Shown: positions 13,897 to 26,519 of the stretch, one piece after another
Numbering within the stretch: the first letter of the stretch is position 1
Layout: each line of letters begins with the position of its first letter
Assembly (NCBI RefSeq): GCF_018350175.1
Contig: NC_058368.1
Location: 10,230,001-10,294,000, forward strand
Source of the DNA: Felis catus
Taxonomy: Eukaryota
Reading direction: 5' to 3'
Length of the DNA: 64,000 bases
The notes under the pieces: generated by a model
Databases searched by the model: none
What the model saw: the letters and a program-made list of their open reading frames with translations, nothing else
What the model was told of the DNA's origin: nothing
Position numbers and translations under genes: made by a program

Positions 13897-15409
13897 GTAA
13901 ATATTGAAGTTTTAAATCTAATTTCAAAAGAAGGGAGTAATACATTTTTAAGCAAGGACGTAGCCTCTTTACGTAACGATTGCCATGGGGTAAAATAATA
14001 ATGTTCTCAAGACAGCTTAGGGGTTGAACTAGCTTTTTCTTCTCCTCTCCCGCCCCCTGACAGACTCATTTTCCCATTCCAACCCTCCCCTGGAGTGGCT
14101 ACAATACCACTATGGACCTCCAAAGTTGGGATGTTTGTTCCTTCACTCGAGAAATGTTTTCTGAGGGCATGTCCCGCCATTCTGCCTGGTTCAGGGCAGA
14201 GAGCAGGGAAACCAAAACTCATCACAGACAAAGTCACTCTGAACATGTCAACGAAACATACAATGTCCAGACCTCTGTGTCCAAGCGGCAAATTAAGGAA
14301 GGTAGTTGGGTGGACGGTCACGCAGGAGGATTTGGGGACCGCGCCTGGAAGTGCTATGGGTCATTTCTGCCCATATTCCAGAAGTCAGAAGTCGGTCACA
14401 TAGTCAGCTTAATTGCAGCGGCAGCTGGGACAGGTGAACAAGTCATCAGGAGGGAAGTGCCTACAGCGAACGACGAGCCAGTCTTTACCACCAATATTGA
14501 AAAAAAAAAAAAGCACCCAAACCCAACACATCCTGGGTCTCCCGTGACATACGATCCGTGACATATGATCTGGTGGCGTGGCATCCCCATCCCTCCCGGG
14601 GAATTCCCTCTTCCTCTCCCCTCTCCCATCTACCCCTTCTTTCCATTCCTCTCTGCCCGGCCTGCTGAATCCGTGTCCCCACAGGCTCCAGGGTGGGCCA
14701 TCTTCAGAACCCTGCCTTCCTCTGCATCTTGGCTTACAAACTGCACATTTGGAATGTGCCCTCCCGTCTGTCCTGGCTTGTCAAATTCCTCTCCCACCTC
14801 CAGTGTTTGGGTCCAACCCTGTGTCTTCCACAGTCTGCCTGGTCGCCGCACACAGCCCTCCTGTAATATTCATGGTCTGCACCGCCCCTGGGGCTTTCTC
14901 ACTCACCACCTGGTGGTGAGGCTTTACAGCGATGCCTCGTCTTTCAGTAGAATGGATGCTGTTAGGGAGGACAGCACCTGTCACCTAGAGGCGGTAGCTG
15001 GGGAAGGAGACTGAGGTCATGGCGATGCCGGCCCGCAGCTCTGTCCGTGTGCTCCCTGCAGTGTGGCTGTCGCCAGATGCTTACCTCGGCTCCCATGTCC
15101 TCACTCATAACCTGAAGACGGCAATACCTACCCCCCCGCCCCACTTCCCTCCCAGAGGGGCTTTGAGATCTGAATGAGGTGATTCATGTGTATCCAGAAG
15201 GAGGACAAGGAAGATCATTCACCGGGCTCATCTGACTGAGAGGCAACATAGGAGGGTGCCCTGGGGACGGGGCTCAGGTGGTGTCTCAGCACCTGCCAAG
15301 GGGCAGACAAAGCCCTCGTGTGTCAGCTGGGTAAAGAGGTGAAGGAGTGGCCACCTGTGGTGCTTCTTGGAAACCGGAGAAGTTTTATCTAAAGTGAACG
15401 GGAGGGCGG

Positions 15410-15625
15410 GGGGCACCTGGGTGGCTCAGTCGGTCCAGTGTCTGACTCTTGATTTTGGCTCAGGTCACGATCTCACAGTTTTGGGAGTTCCAGCCCCACA
15501 TTGGACTCTTTGCTGACAGTGCGGAGCCTGCCTGGGATTCTTTCTCTCTCCCTCTCTCTCTGCTGCTGCTGCTCTCTCTCTCTCTCTCTCAACATAAATA
15601 AATAAATACATAAACATTAAAAAAA
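15410..15625 (+). mobile_element. Can-SINE
   Basis: ggggcacctgggtggctcagtcgg head, (CT)n, AATAAA-rich tail, diverged TSD taaagt(g/a)ac. Confidence 0.95.
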
Positions 15626-16290
15626 TAAAGTAACTAGGAAGGGCACACCAGGAATGAACACCACCAGCTTTTGGCTTTGAAGTTAGGGAAATACCTTTCT
15701 TCAGACAAAAGATAGAGCCGGCCAGAACCACCCCGTGTGGCACCTGACAGCTTTACTTAAAGACCATTTAACGCCCCTCGTGATAAGCACAGGAGTCCTG
15801 CTCAGGACCTCTAGGTAAATACGTCCGTCCACCTGCCTCCTTGCGGGCGTTTGCTCTTGCTTGGGCCCTCCGGGTTCCCTCCCAGAACGTTGGCCACCAT
15901 AGCTGGCGTGACCCCAGGAGCGCCTTGGCAGGCTCCCTGAAGGAGGGCCCGGTGAGTCCCAGGCTAACGGGGCGTCTCTGGATCCGGGCCCTGCAGGAGC
16001 TCCAGCAGGAGTGTGGCCGCCTTCCGCTCTGCTTTCCCCATCTGTCAACCGGGGAGCGGACACAAGCCGCATCGTGGAGATGCCGAAAGGACTTGATTGC
16101 TAAGGCCGAACACCAACCCTACACACGCGAAACCTAAATACCCCTTTGCCAACCACGGCCTCTTGACGAGGAGACGCGGGATTCCTCCGAACGGTTGTGG
16201 CTCCGGTTAATCGGCAGCTGGCTGGATAAAGCAAAAAGCACCATCTCTGTAGGACATCTCATTTTAGGCGGAACCCGTGATTCCCTTTTG

Positions 16291-16512
16291 AAAAAAAAAA
16301 TTTTTTTTTCAATGTTTATTTATTTTTGGGACAGAGAGAGACAGAGCATGAACGGGGGAGGGGCAGAGAGAGAGGGAGACACAGAATTGGAAACAGGCTC
16401 CAGGCTCTGAGCCATCAGCCCAGAGCCCGACGCGGGGCTTGAACCCGCGGACCGCGAGATCGTGACCTGGTTGAAGTCGGACGCTTAACCGACTGCGCCA
16501 CCCAGGCGCCCC
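16291..16512 (-). mobile_element. Young felid Can-SINE (SINEC_Fc type)
   Basis: CpG-rich body; TSD c(c/t)gtgattcccttttg at 16275-16290 and 16513-16528. Confidence 0.97.
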
Positions 16513-18482
16513 CTGTGATTCCCTTTTGGAGAAAAGTGGATTGAAATCCAGCGGCCCGTGCTCCTTGACATGTTTGGGAGCTGGCTGGAGGGACGGGTGC
16601 CGGACGTGCCCCTTCTTCTGTCTCTCCGGGCGGTACCCCAGATGACAGGTTGTGCTTGCCCCGGCAGAGGCAGCCCCAGGTGCGTTGGTGGGTGTCCCGG
16701 GGAACGGGGTGAGGAACGCACGGCTGTGTCCACCCCACGGGACAGAGTAGGAACTCGCACCTGCTCCTCGCAGAAGAGGTGGCCCCCGAGTCGGCTTGCG
16801 GCCTCAGTGACCGGCAGCGTGCAGCAGAGTCGTGAGCAAATCACCGCTGGTGACCGGGGGACCCCAAGGACAGAGCAGCCTGCTGCGGGAAACTGGGCCT
16901 GTCACAGTCACACTCTGGGGACCACGAGGCACTAAGGCAAGGCAATGGTTTGTGCTTCTGTGGGAGGTTTTTGAGGCCGTTTTCCTTCGTGTACTGCATC
17001 TCCACAGACACACCTACTCACGGAGAAAGGCGCACAGGTCTGCGGGCACCCCCACAGCCAGCCACACCCCCCCCCAGAAACTTGCTTGCAACCCCCCCAC
17101 AAATATCCCCAAAAGCAGGTGTAGACTCTTTGCAAGCTCACCCACAAAGGCCCCTACGTGCTCCCGAGTGGAATACCCTCCATACCCACAGTCACCCCCA
17201 TAGACGCCGCATAGATGCTCTGCGGTCACGCCCCACAACCCCCTCCCCACACCCCACTGCCACCACATCGACGCTTTTACTAACACCCCCGATGTCCTCC
17301 ACGAACATCTCAAAACATACCCTCCAAACTTTTGCAGACACCCCTCCACCTATCTTCCACACGTTTCCTTTGACGACACTTGCCCAACTTGCCCAAATGC
17401 ATCTAACTTCACCCCACAATCTCCTGGCACAGACACTCGCAGATAGCCCTGCAAAACAGCACGCATTACCCTCTGACACCCACACAGGCACAGCCCGGTC
17501 ACCCCCAAACACCATCTGCAGATTCAGAGGGACGGCACACAGTCGTGACCCCACATCGATCCCCTGTGCAGTCACACACAAGGATCCTGTGCACACACGC
17601 AGATCTTGTACGGACACACACACGCACCGTCGCCCTGCACAGGTCCTTGTGCATGCACGGAGCTGGACACAGGCCAGGCATGCAAAGAGGTCCACCCTCT
17701 CCCTGCACAGGCAACGCCACCCCAGCAGACAGACACACAGACACCTTAGCTTCGCTTCTTCAGTTTGTTATTTCGGACGGTCTTCTAGCTAGAGCCGTGT
17801 AAATCAAAGGTCTATATTGCAAACAACTGGGAATATGGTGCAGTAGTCTCTGGTCGCGGTGGGTGGGTGGGGGGGGGTTGGAACAGAACAGCGATCCAAC
17901 GAGATCACGTGGTACGTTTCTCCATCGCCCTGGCCGGATGGTGAGAAAGCCAGGGAGGGGAACAGACATCTCATCATGCCCATGAAGGGTGCTGACCGAG
18001 CACAGCTGGAAGACCGAGGTGTGGTTTCTGGGACATGCCGGGTTCATGTGTCTCCCTATAGCCTTGTCAGGAACATAAAGTCGGCTCTGACTCCTTTCAT
18101 GCAGGAGGTTGTTGATCTCCTCTAGGAGACAGTTCCCTGCCCCGCCGCGGCTGGTTTTCCTTACAATACAAAAGAAAAAAAGAAGAGGTAATGTTCCACA
18201 AAGCCCTCAAATTCTCTTGGTGCTTCCAAAGAGGGTTATAAGAGTATGGTGGCTGTTCGAAGGAGGAGGGGCAAGACACGAAGATCACAAAGAAAACCAG
18301 GAGGACGGATAAAGGGATTCGAATGCAAGAAATAGCCCAGACCAGCTGGTGGCCATCTGGGAGCTATGAAGAAAGGGAAGAACAAAGTTGTTGAGTTTCT
18401 AGCAAGTGGATACAGTTTTATCATGAGACGAGGTTACTGCTTTGAGGAACTGGAGAGAAGCCAGAGCCTTGCCAGCCATTAA

Positions 18483-18509
18483 AAACAACAACAACAACAA
18501 CAACAACAA
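18483..18509. repeat. (AAC)n microsatellite
   Basis: Read directly. Confidence 0.9.
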
Positions 18510-19337
18510 ACAAAAAAACCCCAATCTAATGGTTTCCCTGAGGATTGGATTACAGTGAGTTTGCTCCTGTCTCAAAGAAACTAGTTAAGGGCATGATCAT
18601 TTCCAGGAAAGTTAGAGGGCGTCTGAGGGTGTAGGGAAATCGAGACTTAGTCTCTGGATGTCAGGGTGAAAATGGACACTGGGGAAATGGGAAAGATACT
18701 TGATTGTGCCTTATACCGAGGTTGTCTTTAAAGCCTCAGGTAAGCCCCTGGGGAGGGCCACTGGCCATAGCGTGAGCAGTAAGTTATTACAATCGGTTAT
18801 TTTGATTTTGTTAAACATTGAGGGTAAATTGTATGTGTTTGCATTGGGCCTGTGCACAGAGGAGAGAAAACGTAAAACCCGTAAGTACGCCATAATATGT
18901 AGAGAGAGTATGTATCCACTCACCTGCCCCACAGGAACTGAAGGATGGCATGTCTGAAACTTGGCTCACCAAAAGTTAGCGTCTCTTTTCTCTTCCCGCT
19001 GCCTCCAGGAATGGGGCCACTATCTCCAGGTGCCCTCTCCAGGCCAGACATCCCAGCCACTCAGCCCCACATCCAAATAATTGGTCCCCTTAGTGACCAA
19101 TTCTCTCTCTTTAGTAAGTCTAACCTGTGCCCTCCTTTCTCTCCCCTCAGTCACTTCCCGCCTCCCGCCTATCATTACCATCACAGCAACAAATTCCTCC
19201 CCAGCCTCCAATATCAAATCCCTGCAGATCATTTTCCAAATTTTTCTTGGGTATTTGTTTGTTTGTTTGTGGGGTTTGGGTTTTTTTTTGGTTGTTTGTT
19301 TTTTGTTTTGGTAAAACATCAAATCTATTCTTCCGCA

Positions 19338-19868
19338 CATCCAACGAGCATTTATTGAGTATCTACTATGTGCCAGTCTTTTATCCTAGTTGCCTGGGAC
19401 ACAACGATGAACCCAACAAAGAGGTCTTTATTTAGTCAGAATCTAGTGGGAGAAGAAAAACAGTGAACATAATAAATTATATGATATCTTTGAAGGTGAT
19501 AAGTGCTGTGGAAAGAGTAAAAACAGAGCAGGGCACAGGGTATCGACAGGGTAGAGTGTGTGTGTGGGTAGGGGTTAAAGTAGGGTAGCCGGGATAGTCC
19601 TCATTGGAAGGTTGGTGTTTGCTCAAAGGAGGTGAGGAAGTTAGCAGCAATGATATTGGCGAGGAAGAATGTTCCTTGAAGACAGGACACCCAGAGGAGT
19701 GCCCTAAAGTAGCACAGCAAGTGTGCTGGTGTGGTTTGAACAGGTGCAGGGTGAGATTGGGAGGCATCAGGTCGGAATGGAGGGAAGTCACATGGGGCCT
19801 CATAGCAGGATTGAGCTGTTGTGGGGTTTTAAGCAGTGGGAGACATGCTCTGACTTCTACGTTGAAGT
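19338..19868 (-). mobile_element. L2 3' end
   Basis: gagcatttattgagtatctactatgtgccag...gataagtgctgtggaaaga. Confidence 0.75.
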
Positions 19869-19869
19869 G

Positions 19870-19945
19870 ATGTTCTAGTTCATAGTTCACTATGTTCTAG
19901 TTCATAGTTTACTATGTTCTAGTTCATAGTTCACTATGTTCTAGT
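19870..19945. repeat. 22-bp tandem repeat, about 3.4 copies (TGTTCTAGTTCATAGTTCACTA)
   Basis: Read directly; one mismatch. Confidence 0.95.
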
Positions 19946-20467
19946 GATGATGGTGACTCAGACCATGGGGAAGCAGAGGAGACAAGTTGGTGATGTCTCT
20001 ATTCTGCAGAAAAGCCTTCAATGACTTCCCTTAGCCTTCAGATAAAATCCGAGCTCTTCAGTATGGCCCACAAAACACGTCAGGATTGGGGCCCTGCTTA
20101 TTTGTTCAGATTCATCTCTTCCTGGTGTTTTCACCCCCACCCCACCCCCCGAAACGGCCCCCATAGTCTAAAGCAGGTGGGCTTTTAACAAGTATCCTCT
20201 TTTCTCATGGTCCCATGAGACTGTGTAGCTGACTCCCTCGGCCTTCACTAAGCCTCTTGTCCTCAGGAAGCCTTTCCTCCCCATACCATGCATCCCAAAG
20301 CAGACCATACATACTTCAGTGGTTGGGATCATAGTTCTGAGACAGAAAGTTCTGTCCACAATCTGTCTCTCTCACTACACTGGGAACTCCTAAACGGTAG
20401 GAATAGAGCTCTTATTTGAGTCCTTAGTAGATATTAAATGGTTGGACAGGTGATGGATAGATGTTGG

Positions 20468-20496
20468 ATGGGTGGATGGATGGATGGATGGATGGT
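20468..20496. repeat. (TGGA)n microsatellite
   Basis: Read directly. Confidence 0.9.
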
Positions 20497-21312
20497 TGCT
20501 GGATCTTCATCAGATCTTTAATTCAAGGGATTTTATTTTTAGTTTAAAATTAGTTAATCATTAGAAAATGCTTAAAAATAACTATAAGACATTAATGTCT
20601 TCATTGTTGAAGCGATGGTTGAAGGAGCGTGCTCGGGTAACCACTCGTGAGCACGTGTACTCATCAACTGCACATGACAACTGTTTTGCTCGAGAGTTGA
20701 ATACAAAGGGAATTTTGATTAACGACCTCTTATTTGCCCATTGACCAAATAGAATTTCAGTCGTGCTTTATTTTCTTGACACACTGTTCAATTAGCAGTG
20801 GTTCACGCTATAACTTTATGTTCCTTAACCTTCAGCTTTCCCTACCAGCCTCTGTCAGCTATATCATTCAACTGAAATGATTGATTTATGTTTGGGAAAA
20901 TACCGAGGAGAACCTGACGGTGACTAGAGACATATGTCTCATCACCTGTAACCTTTGGAGAACAGAACCAGAAGAAGCAAACTCTCCTTTCTTCACCAAG
21001 GCCATCCCTCCACGAAAGTATACTGTAAGCTGTATGGAAAATGAAACAAAAACACTAGCACATTTGCTCAGATTTGGACATTTGAACATTACTCCAAGCG
21101 GAATAACTGTAATGGAATCAGAGGTTTAAATGATAGATTTGAAGGATTCTGAGTGAGGTCTCAGATAGACAAGTTACCTAATTTGTGACCAAGCCAGTGG
21201 AACTAGAAACCTCTCTGCCACATCCCTGAGAAGTAGGCATTCCAAATCGGCTTGGCCCTTCTGGGAACAGGGAGCTTCTGTCTCAAGGCAGCCCCTGAAA
21301 ATGCGGATTATT

Positions 21313-21416
21313 ATTATTTTTTTTTAATTTTTAATGTTCATTTTTGCTCATGAACTGTAAGATTATGACCTGAGCCGAAGTCAGACGCTTAACTGACTGA
21401 GACACCCGGGCACCCC
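21313..21416 (-). mobile_element. Internally deleted Can-SINE
   Basis: Head and tail present, central body and (CT)n missing; flanking ggattatt repeat. Confidence 0.85.
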
Positions 21417-22304
21417 ATGGATTATTTCTAAATATCCAAAAGCAAGCCCTACATGACTCCAAATGGACTCTCCGTACTTCCAGGAAACAGGATAATTTGA
21501 ACACATGCCTCTACTTTTATTCCCACCTACACGAAACTCATCTGAACAACAGGGAGAGGATTTTTTTTTCCCCTCTGAAGGCATAGAATGAAGGATTGGA
21601 TGAATAGAAACAGTAGCAGCAAAACACGGAATTTGGAAAACAGAAAAACACATGGTAAGTTACTTAGGAAACCCCCCAAAACTAAATCCTTAGGTCAGCT
21701 GTGGGAAAAGCAAAGAGCCAAAAAACCATTTCACAAGGCGGAACCCACTCCCCCAGGGGCCCCCGAATTGGCAACACTTCCCCCTAGGTCACTGATGCCA
21801 TATTTTCTCCTTTTAGGCAGGAAATAACAATCAGATGTCATTAGTATCTTTGGAGAAACAAGATGAAATTCATTAAATAAGAAGGAATCATTATAGAGGA
21901 AAACTGAAGGAATAAAAAGTTCTTGGAATTTAAAACTGTGCTCATTATTTTTTACCTCGATAGAATGGTCAGAAGATAATATTCTCCCAAAACATAGGAC
22001 AAACAGACAAAAAATGTGAAATAAAAGAGGAAACATAATAAAACCATAAGACCAATCCAGAAGTATAATATCCAAATATTGGGCCCAGAAAAAAAGGGAA
22101 AAGAAAGTGGAGAAAATACTCAAGCAAATAGTTTGAAAACACTTCCCAAACCATTAAGAGCAAAGAGAAGATTCTAGTGGTGTCCAGAGGAGGAAAAAGT
22201 CAGTTCGTTATGCATAGGATTAGTACTTACGGTGGATTTGGACTTTACCACAGCAGTACTGAAAGCCAGAAGGTAATGGAAAATCCATTCAAAAGTCTAA
22301 AGGA

Positions 22305-22414
22305 GGGACACCTGGGCTGGGTCAGTCAGTAGAGCAAGGGACTCTTGATCTCAGGATTGTAAGTTCCAGCCGCATGTTGGATGTGGAGATTACTTAAAAA
22401 TACAATCTTAAAAA
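22305..22414 (+). mobile_element. Short, older-type Can-SINE
   Basis: gggacacctgggctgggtcagtcagtagagca...actcttgatctcagg...gagattacttaaaaa. Confidence 0.85.
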
Positions 22415-22573
22415 CAAAATCTGTTAGAACATTATCTCCAGTGTTGAAGTCTATAATGAGACAAACTATTACTGCAATGTAGGAGTAGAACAAAGTCATT
22501 TTCAAAGATGCAAAGTTTCAGAATGTGCTTCCCATATACGTATGCTTCTCAGAATAATGTGGAAGGATTTTCT

Positions 22574-22790
22574 TTTTTTTTTTTAATTTTTTTTTAGTGT
22601 TTATTTCTGAGACAGAGACAGAGCATGAGTGGGGGAGGGGCAGAGAGCGAGGGAGACACAGAATCAGAAGCAGGCTCCAGGCTCTGAGCTGTCAGCACAG
22701 AGCCCAATGCAAGGCTCGAACTCACAAACCGTGAGATCATGACCTGAGCCGAAGTCGGTCGCTCAACTGACTGAGCCACCCAGGCGCCCC
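22574..22790 (-). mobile_element. Can-SINE
   Basis: Full length; perfect TSD aggattttct at 22564-22573 and 22791-22800. Confidence 0.97.
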
Positions 22791-23319
22791 AGGATTTTCT
22801 CTATAAAATGAGGGAGAAAACTGAAAAGTGGAAGAAACAAGATACAGCAAACAAGAGATAGGAAGAAGAAGATCCAATGCCATCCCCCCACCCCCCAGGA
22901 CGACAGTAAAAAGAGGGCCCAAGATGACAGCTGTGGACCAAGCTTCGGGCAGCCGGAGTGACTCAGAAGATGAAGCCAATGAAACGAAAGCTGAAGGTCT
23001 TGAGAGGAGACTGAGATGTTGGGTAAAGAATGCTAAGTAGTCAGACATCCAAGCAAATGAAAGTAGAGAGTCAAGAGATAACATCCCAGCCTGAGAAACC
23101 AAGAAGCAAGGTAGGCATGTTATTTAGAGACCTCAAATAGACACCAAAGTAATCATCTAAAAAGGAGGGAATGTGGAGACCCTTGGGGCCGGAAATGGGG
23201 AAAGGCGTCGAGTTTCTCAAATTTGCACAACGATTTCACTCTTTAAGCAAGTGCGTATAGCTTAGATAAAAATAAAAAATGCTTTTTAAAGGAGAAGAGA
23301 AACAAAACATAAGTCCCCC

Positions 23320-23830
23320 CGAAATGCATGACTCTTATCTTCTTTTCTCCCAGGTAAACATTTCTAGTTTTCTTAGCTGTCCTTCATATGACTTCATTTC
23401 AAGATGCCTTGTCATGAAGCCTCTCTTCTAGGCAATGTCTGGAGTACATGGGACTGGACACCACAAGGCACCAGATGGCCCACCAGGGCTTTACCTGCTG
23501 GCATATTACCTCCCACATTCAAGCCATGTATTTATTCCTCATTCTTTTCTTATAAATTGATGCTTTGAACCTACATCCAGAGCTTTCCTTCTTGCTAAAT
23601 TTCACGTTATTGATTTTTGGCATCCTTAATCTGTTTGGTTAAAATGATTTTAAATGCTGTCATTGACATCCAGTGGATCCACTCTTTCCCTCAGCTGTGT
23701 GCGGTCAACACATTTCACAGTGCTACACATAGTGTATTCATGCAGGTCCTAGAGGAGACTGCTGAACAGGGCACAGTGAGAACACAGTCCTGTGGCATGT
23801 CACTAAAACCATCCCTCAGGGTGGGATTCA
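23320..23830 (-). mobile_element. Probable CR1/L3 LINE relic
   Basis: gctgaacagggcacagtgagaacacagtcctgtggcatgtcacta resembles the antisense CR1 RT (G-V-P-Q-G-S-V-L) segment. Confidence 0.5.
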
Positions 23831-26299
23831 CCTGGTACTATGCATTTTGCCTTGACTAGAGGCATTCACTCATTGCTCGAAAGCCACAATGCAAGGACAC
23901 CTTTGGGAGAGGAGTGGAAACTGAACAGTGCTGGCAGTAACAATTCCAGGAACTTTTGTTTCCCTAGAGTCACAGCAAGACGAGTCACGGTATTCTTCAG
24001 TTGCATCTGGGTGAAAAAGAATAAATCTGTTGGAGCTTTGCCCTGTAATGGATAAGCACTCTTGTCCCCCCTCCTCGTCCCCCTCAACATACACAGTGAA
24101 ACAATTTCTCAGTGTTATCTGCTGGGAACCAGAGTCCCAGGTGATACTGGCCTTCCACAGCCATTGAGGTGGGATGTCCAGAAGCCCTGCTCTTCTGAAA
24201 TGTGGGAAGGGGCTCTCATGGGCCACCGTGGAGAGTCCCACACTCCTTCTTAAGGGGTCTTGAGTCGGGAGGGGGGAGACTTGAGGTTCTAGTTGCATTG
24301 ACAGACTCCTCCAATCTATGCTTCCTTGGAGATTCGCAGTGGTGCTTAAATACTGTTAGTTAGGTTTTTTGTTGTTGTTGTTTTTGACAAGCTGAAAGAT
24401 AAAGTTCAAGGTGAACAATTGGCTGCTGATACAAACATTGCTGAACTCATCAAGCTAGCAGTGTGGAGAACAGTTCCTCAGATGTAATGAAACCAATTTC
24501 AGAATAGATGAAAAACTGATACAAGAAAGACACCTTGTCTTTAAGTCTCTCCTCTAGAAACCTTCAAACAAGAAGAGCTTTTGTCATAAATACCCCAGGA
24601 AATTTATCTACTTTATGCAGACATTAAAAAAAGATTATGGTGGACATTAAAAAAAAAGATTATGAACCTTGTCTGAATTAAAAAAATATATTGATGGATC
24701 ATACAGAAACTATTATCAGAATGAAATGTAACTTACAATCAAGTCCTTATTCCTTATTTTAGAGACTTTCTCCCCATCAGTTAATTCAGCACAAGCGACT
24801 GAATCCATGTTTCCCAGCAGAACTTAAAGATTTTCTTTTAGAGTTTTATATCTTGAGATATGAATGCATGTTTCAAATGAGTTACCTTCAAGTACTGAGC
24901 ACCATCACCATCTCCTGAAACTCACTAAATCTCTAAACTTGGCCAGTCTTTCTCTTCTGCCCCATTTCTGTCATGAAAATTCCTTCCAAGAAATTAAATG
25001 TATCCAGAGGAAAGTAACAGAGATGGTGAATGGTATTATGAAGGAGAGGTTAATGGAACAAGGTCAGCAAAATTTTTATTCAAGAGAAATTTAAGCAAGA
25101 GATTAATTGACAGAAAGAGCAAGTTGAGGGATTCTCAAAGTACCATAAAAGAAGGTGCAGACTGAGGAGATGTACTCGTTATTTGCTCTATTGTTGGAGA
25201 AGAGACGCTTTATAAAGTAACAATATCAGACGTTTTAAACTACTTCTTGAAAATTGCTTTTTAAAGAAAGATGTTCCATTTAACCAGTGAGATCAGATTC
25301 ATTGGGGTATTGTTATGGAAGCCACGTCGATTTAGACCATAAAATAAATCTTAAAAGGACAATGCCACAGGTAAAATGGAGGTCGTCCGGTAGTCAGCAT
25401 TGGTTTCTGAGGTGTCCTAATCTGAAAGCAGAAACAAGACAAATACTAGGCTTTGAGTTCTGAAGTTTGGGAATTGAGATCTTTTCAGTCTATAACTTCC
25501 CCTTCTCTTTGGTTCAGGTGGGTAGGGGAGGAGGGGGCCTGGGTGGAAAATTTGAGAAAATTCAGCAGTAAAGAGTTTCATCGGGCAAAGGTGGCTGGAA
25601 AGGCAAGTCCAAGAGATGAGGTAACCTGACAGGAAATTCATTTGGAGAGAAAGTGAGTCTTCCCATAGACTCTCACTCACCCCTCTACGATGTGAGACAA
25701 TACAGCAAGGGTTACAACCAAACTGAGAGGGAGTGCTGAGTGATTACCAGTTGAGAAGGTCGCTTATCAGTCTGATAGGACCACTGTTCACAGAAGCGTC
25801 TCAAGAAATAAATTTTGAGTGGATTGAAGCATGAAAAATTAGTACTTCAGAGTAGTCAAAAGCAAATGAGCAATGTAAGTGGAAAAAATATACATTGCCA
25901 TGCCAGCAGTTGAGAAGTACAGAGTAAGGATCAGTTAGAAGATAAAAAGTAAAATCACGAGTCCAGAGTAAGAGAACTTTATTATGATATAAGTCACCAA
26001 ATGAAACACAATGATTATGGGAAAAAATCCAACATTGGGACTGCTCGGGACTGCTTTTGAGGAAGCCAGCGCATTTCTATGGTTGCTGGAGGTACGGAGA
26101 AAAATGGCCTACTCACAGCCTGCCGCGATACATCGACCACCATTCCAGGTTCTAGCTAACTCGGGTTATTTTCAAGGTCATCTCAAAGGATCGCCTGCAG
26201 CTCGAAAACAAGCCATAATCCTGTGACAAGTTGCACTACCTGAGCATCAGTTGCAGACGATTGTGTACAGTTGGTCTGTCCACTAAGAATGCTTTGAGT

Positions 26300-26512
26300 T
26301 GTAATCCGGGCTCCTTGGGTTTGAGTCCCGGCTCTTCTATTTACAGATTTTGGCAGTTTATCTAATCCCGTGCCTCACATTCCTCATCTTTAAAAAGGGA
26401 ATAATAACAGTGCCTGTCTTATAGGTTTATGCTGAGGAGTAAACGGGTTAATACGTACACCGTGCTTACAACAGTGCCTGACACATAGGAAAAAGCTAAA
26501 CGTTTGCTATTT
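26300..26512 (+). mobile_element. MIR SINE
   Basis: tgggtttgagtcccggctct...gcctcacattcctcatctttaaaaagggaataataa...acagtgcctgacacatag. Confidence 0.8.
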
Positions 26513-26519
26513 TTAAATG

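Larger units (their letters stand above)
21825..23290 (+). mobile_element. HAL1 / L1 ORF1-like relic, interrupted by two Can-SINEs
   Basis: A-rich ORF1-like sequence (gactttaccacagcagtactgaaagccagaaggtaatgga; ttcccatatac...aaaatgagggagaaaac) resembling recalled HAL1 consensus. Confidence 0.6.

Noticed and set aside
16950..17792. 280-aa Thr/Pro/His-rich ORF and its antisense ORFs
   Set aside because: By-product of C/A-rich low-complexity sequence; no domain and no splice context
22305..22385. tRNA gene
   Set aside because: A/B-box-like sequence is the head of a tRNA-derived Can-SINE with an A-rich tail
2251..23952. Four TTCCAGGAA STAT-like sites (2251, 18601, 21478, 23944)
   Set aside because: Dispersed over 22 kb, and CCAGG words are common in mammalian DNA
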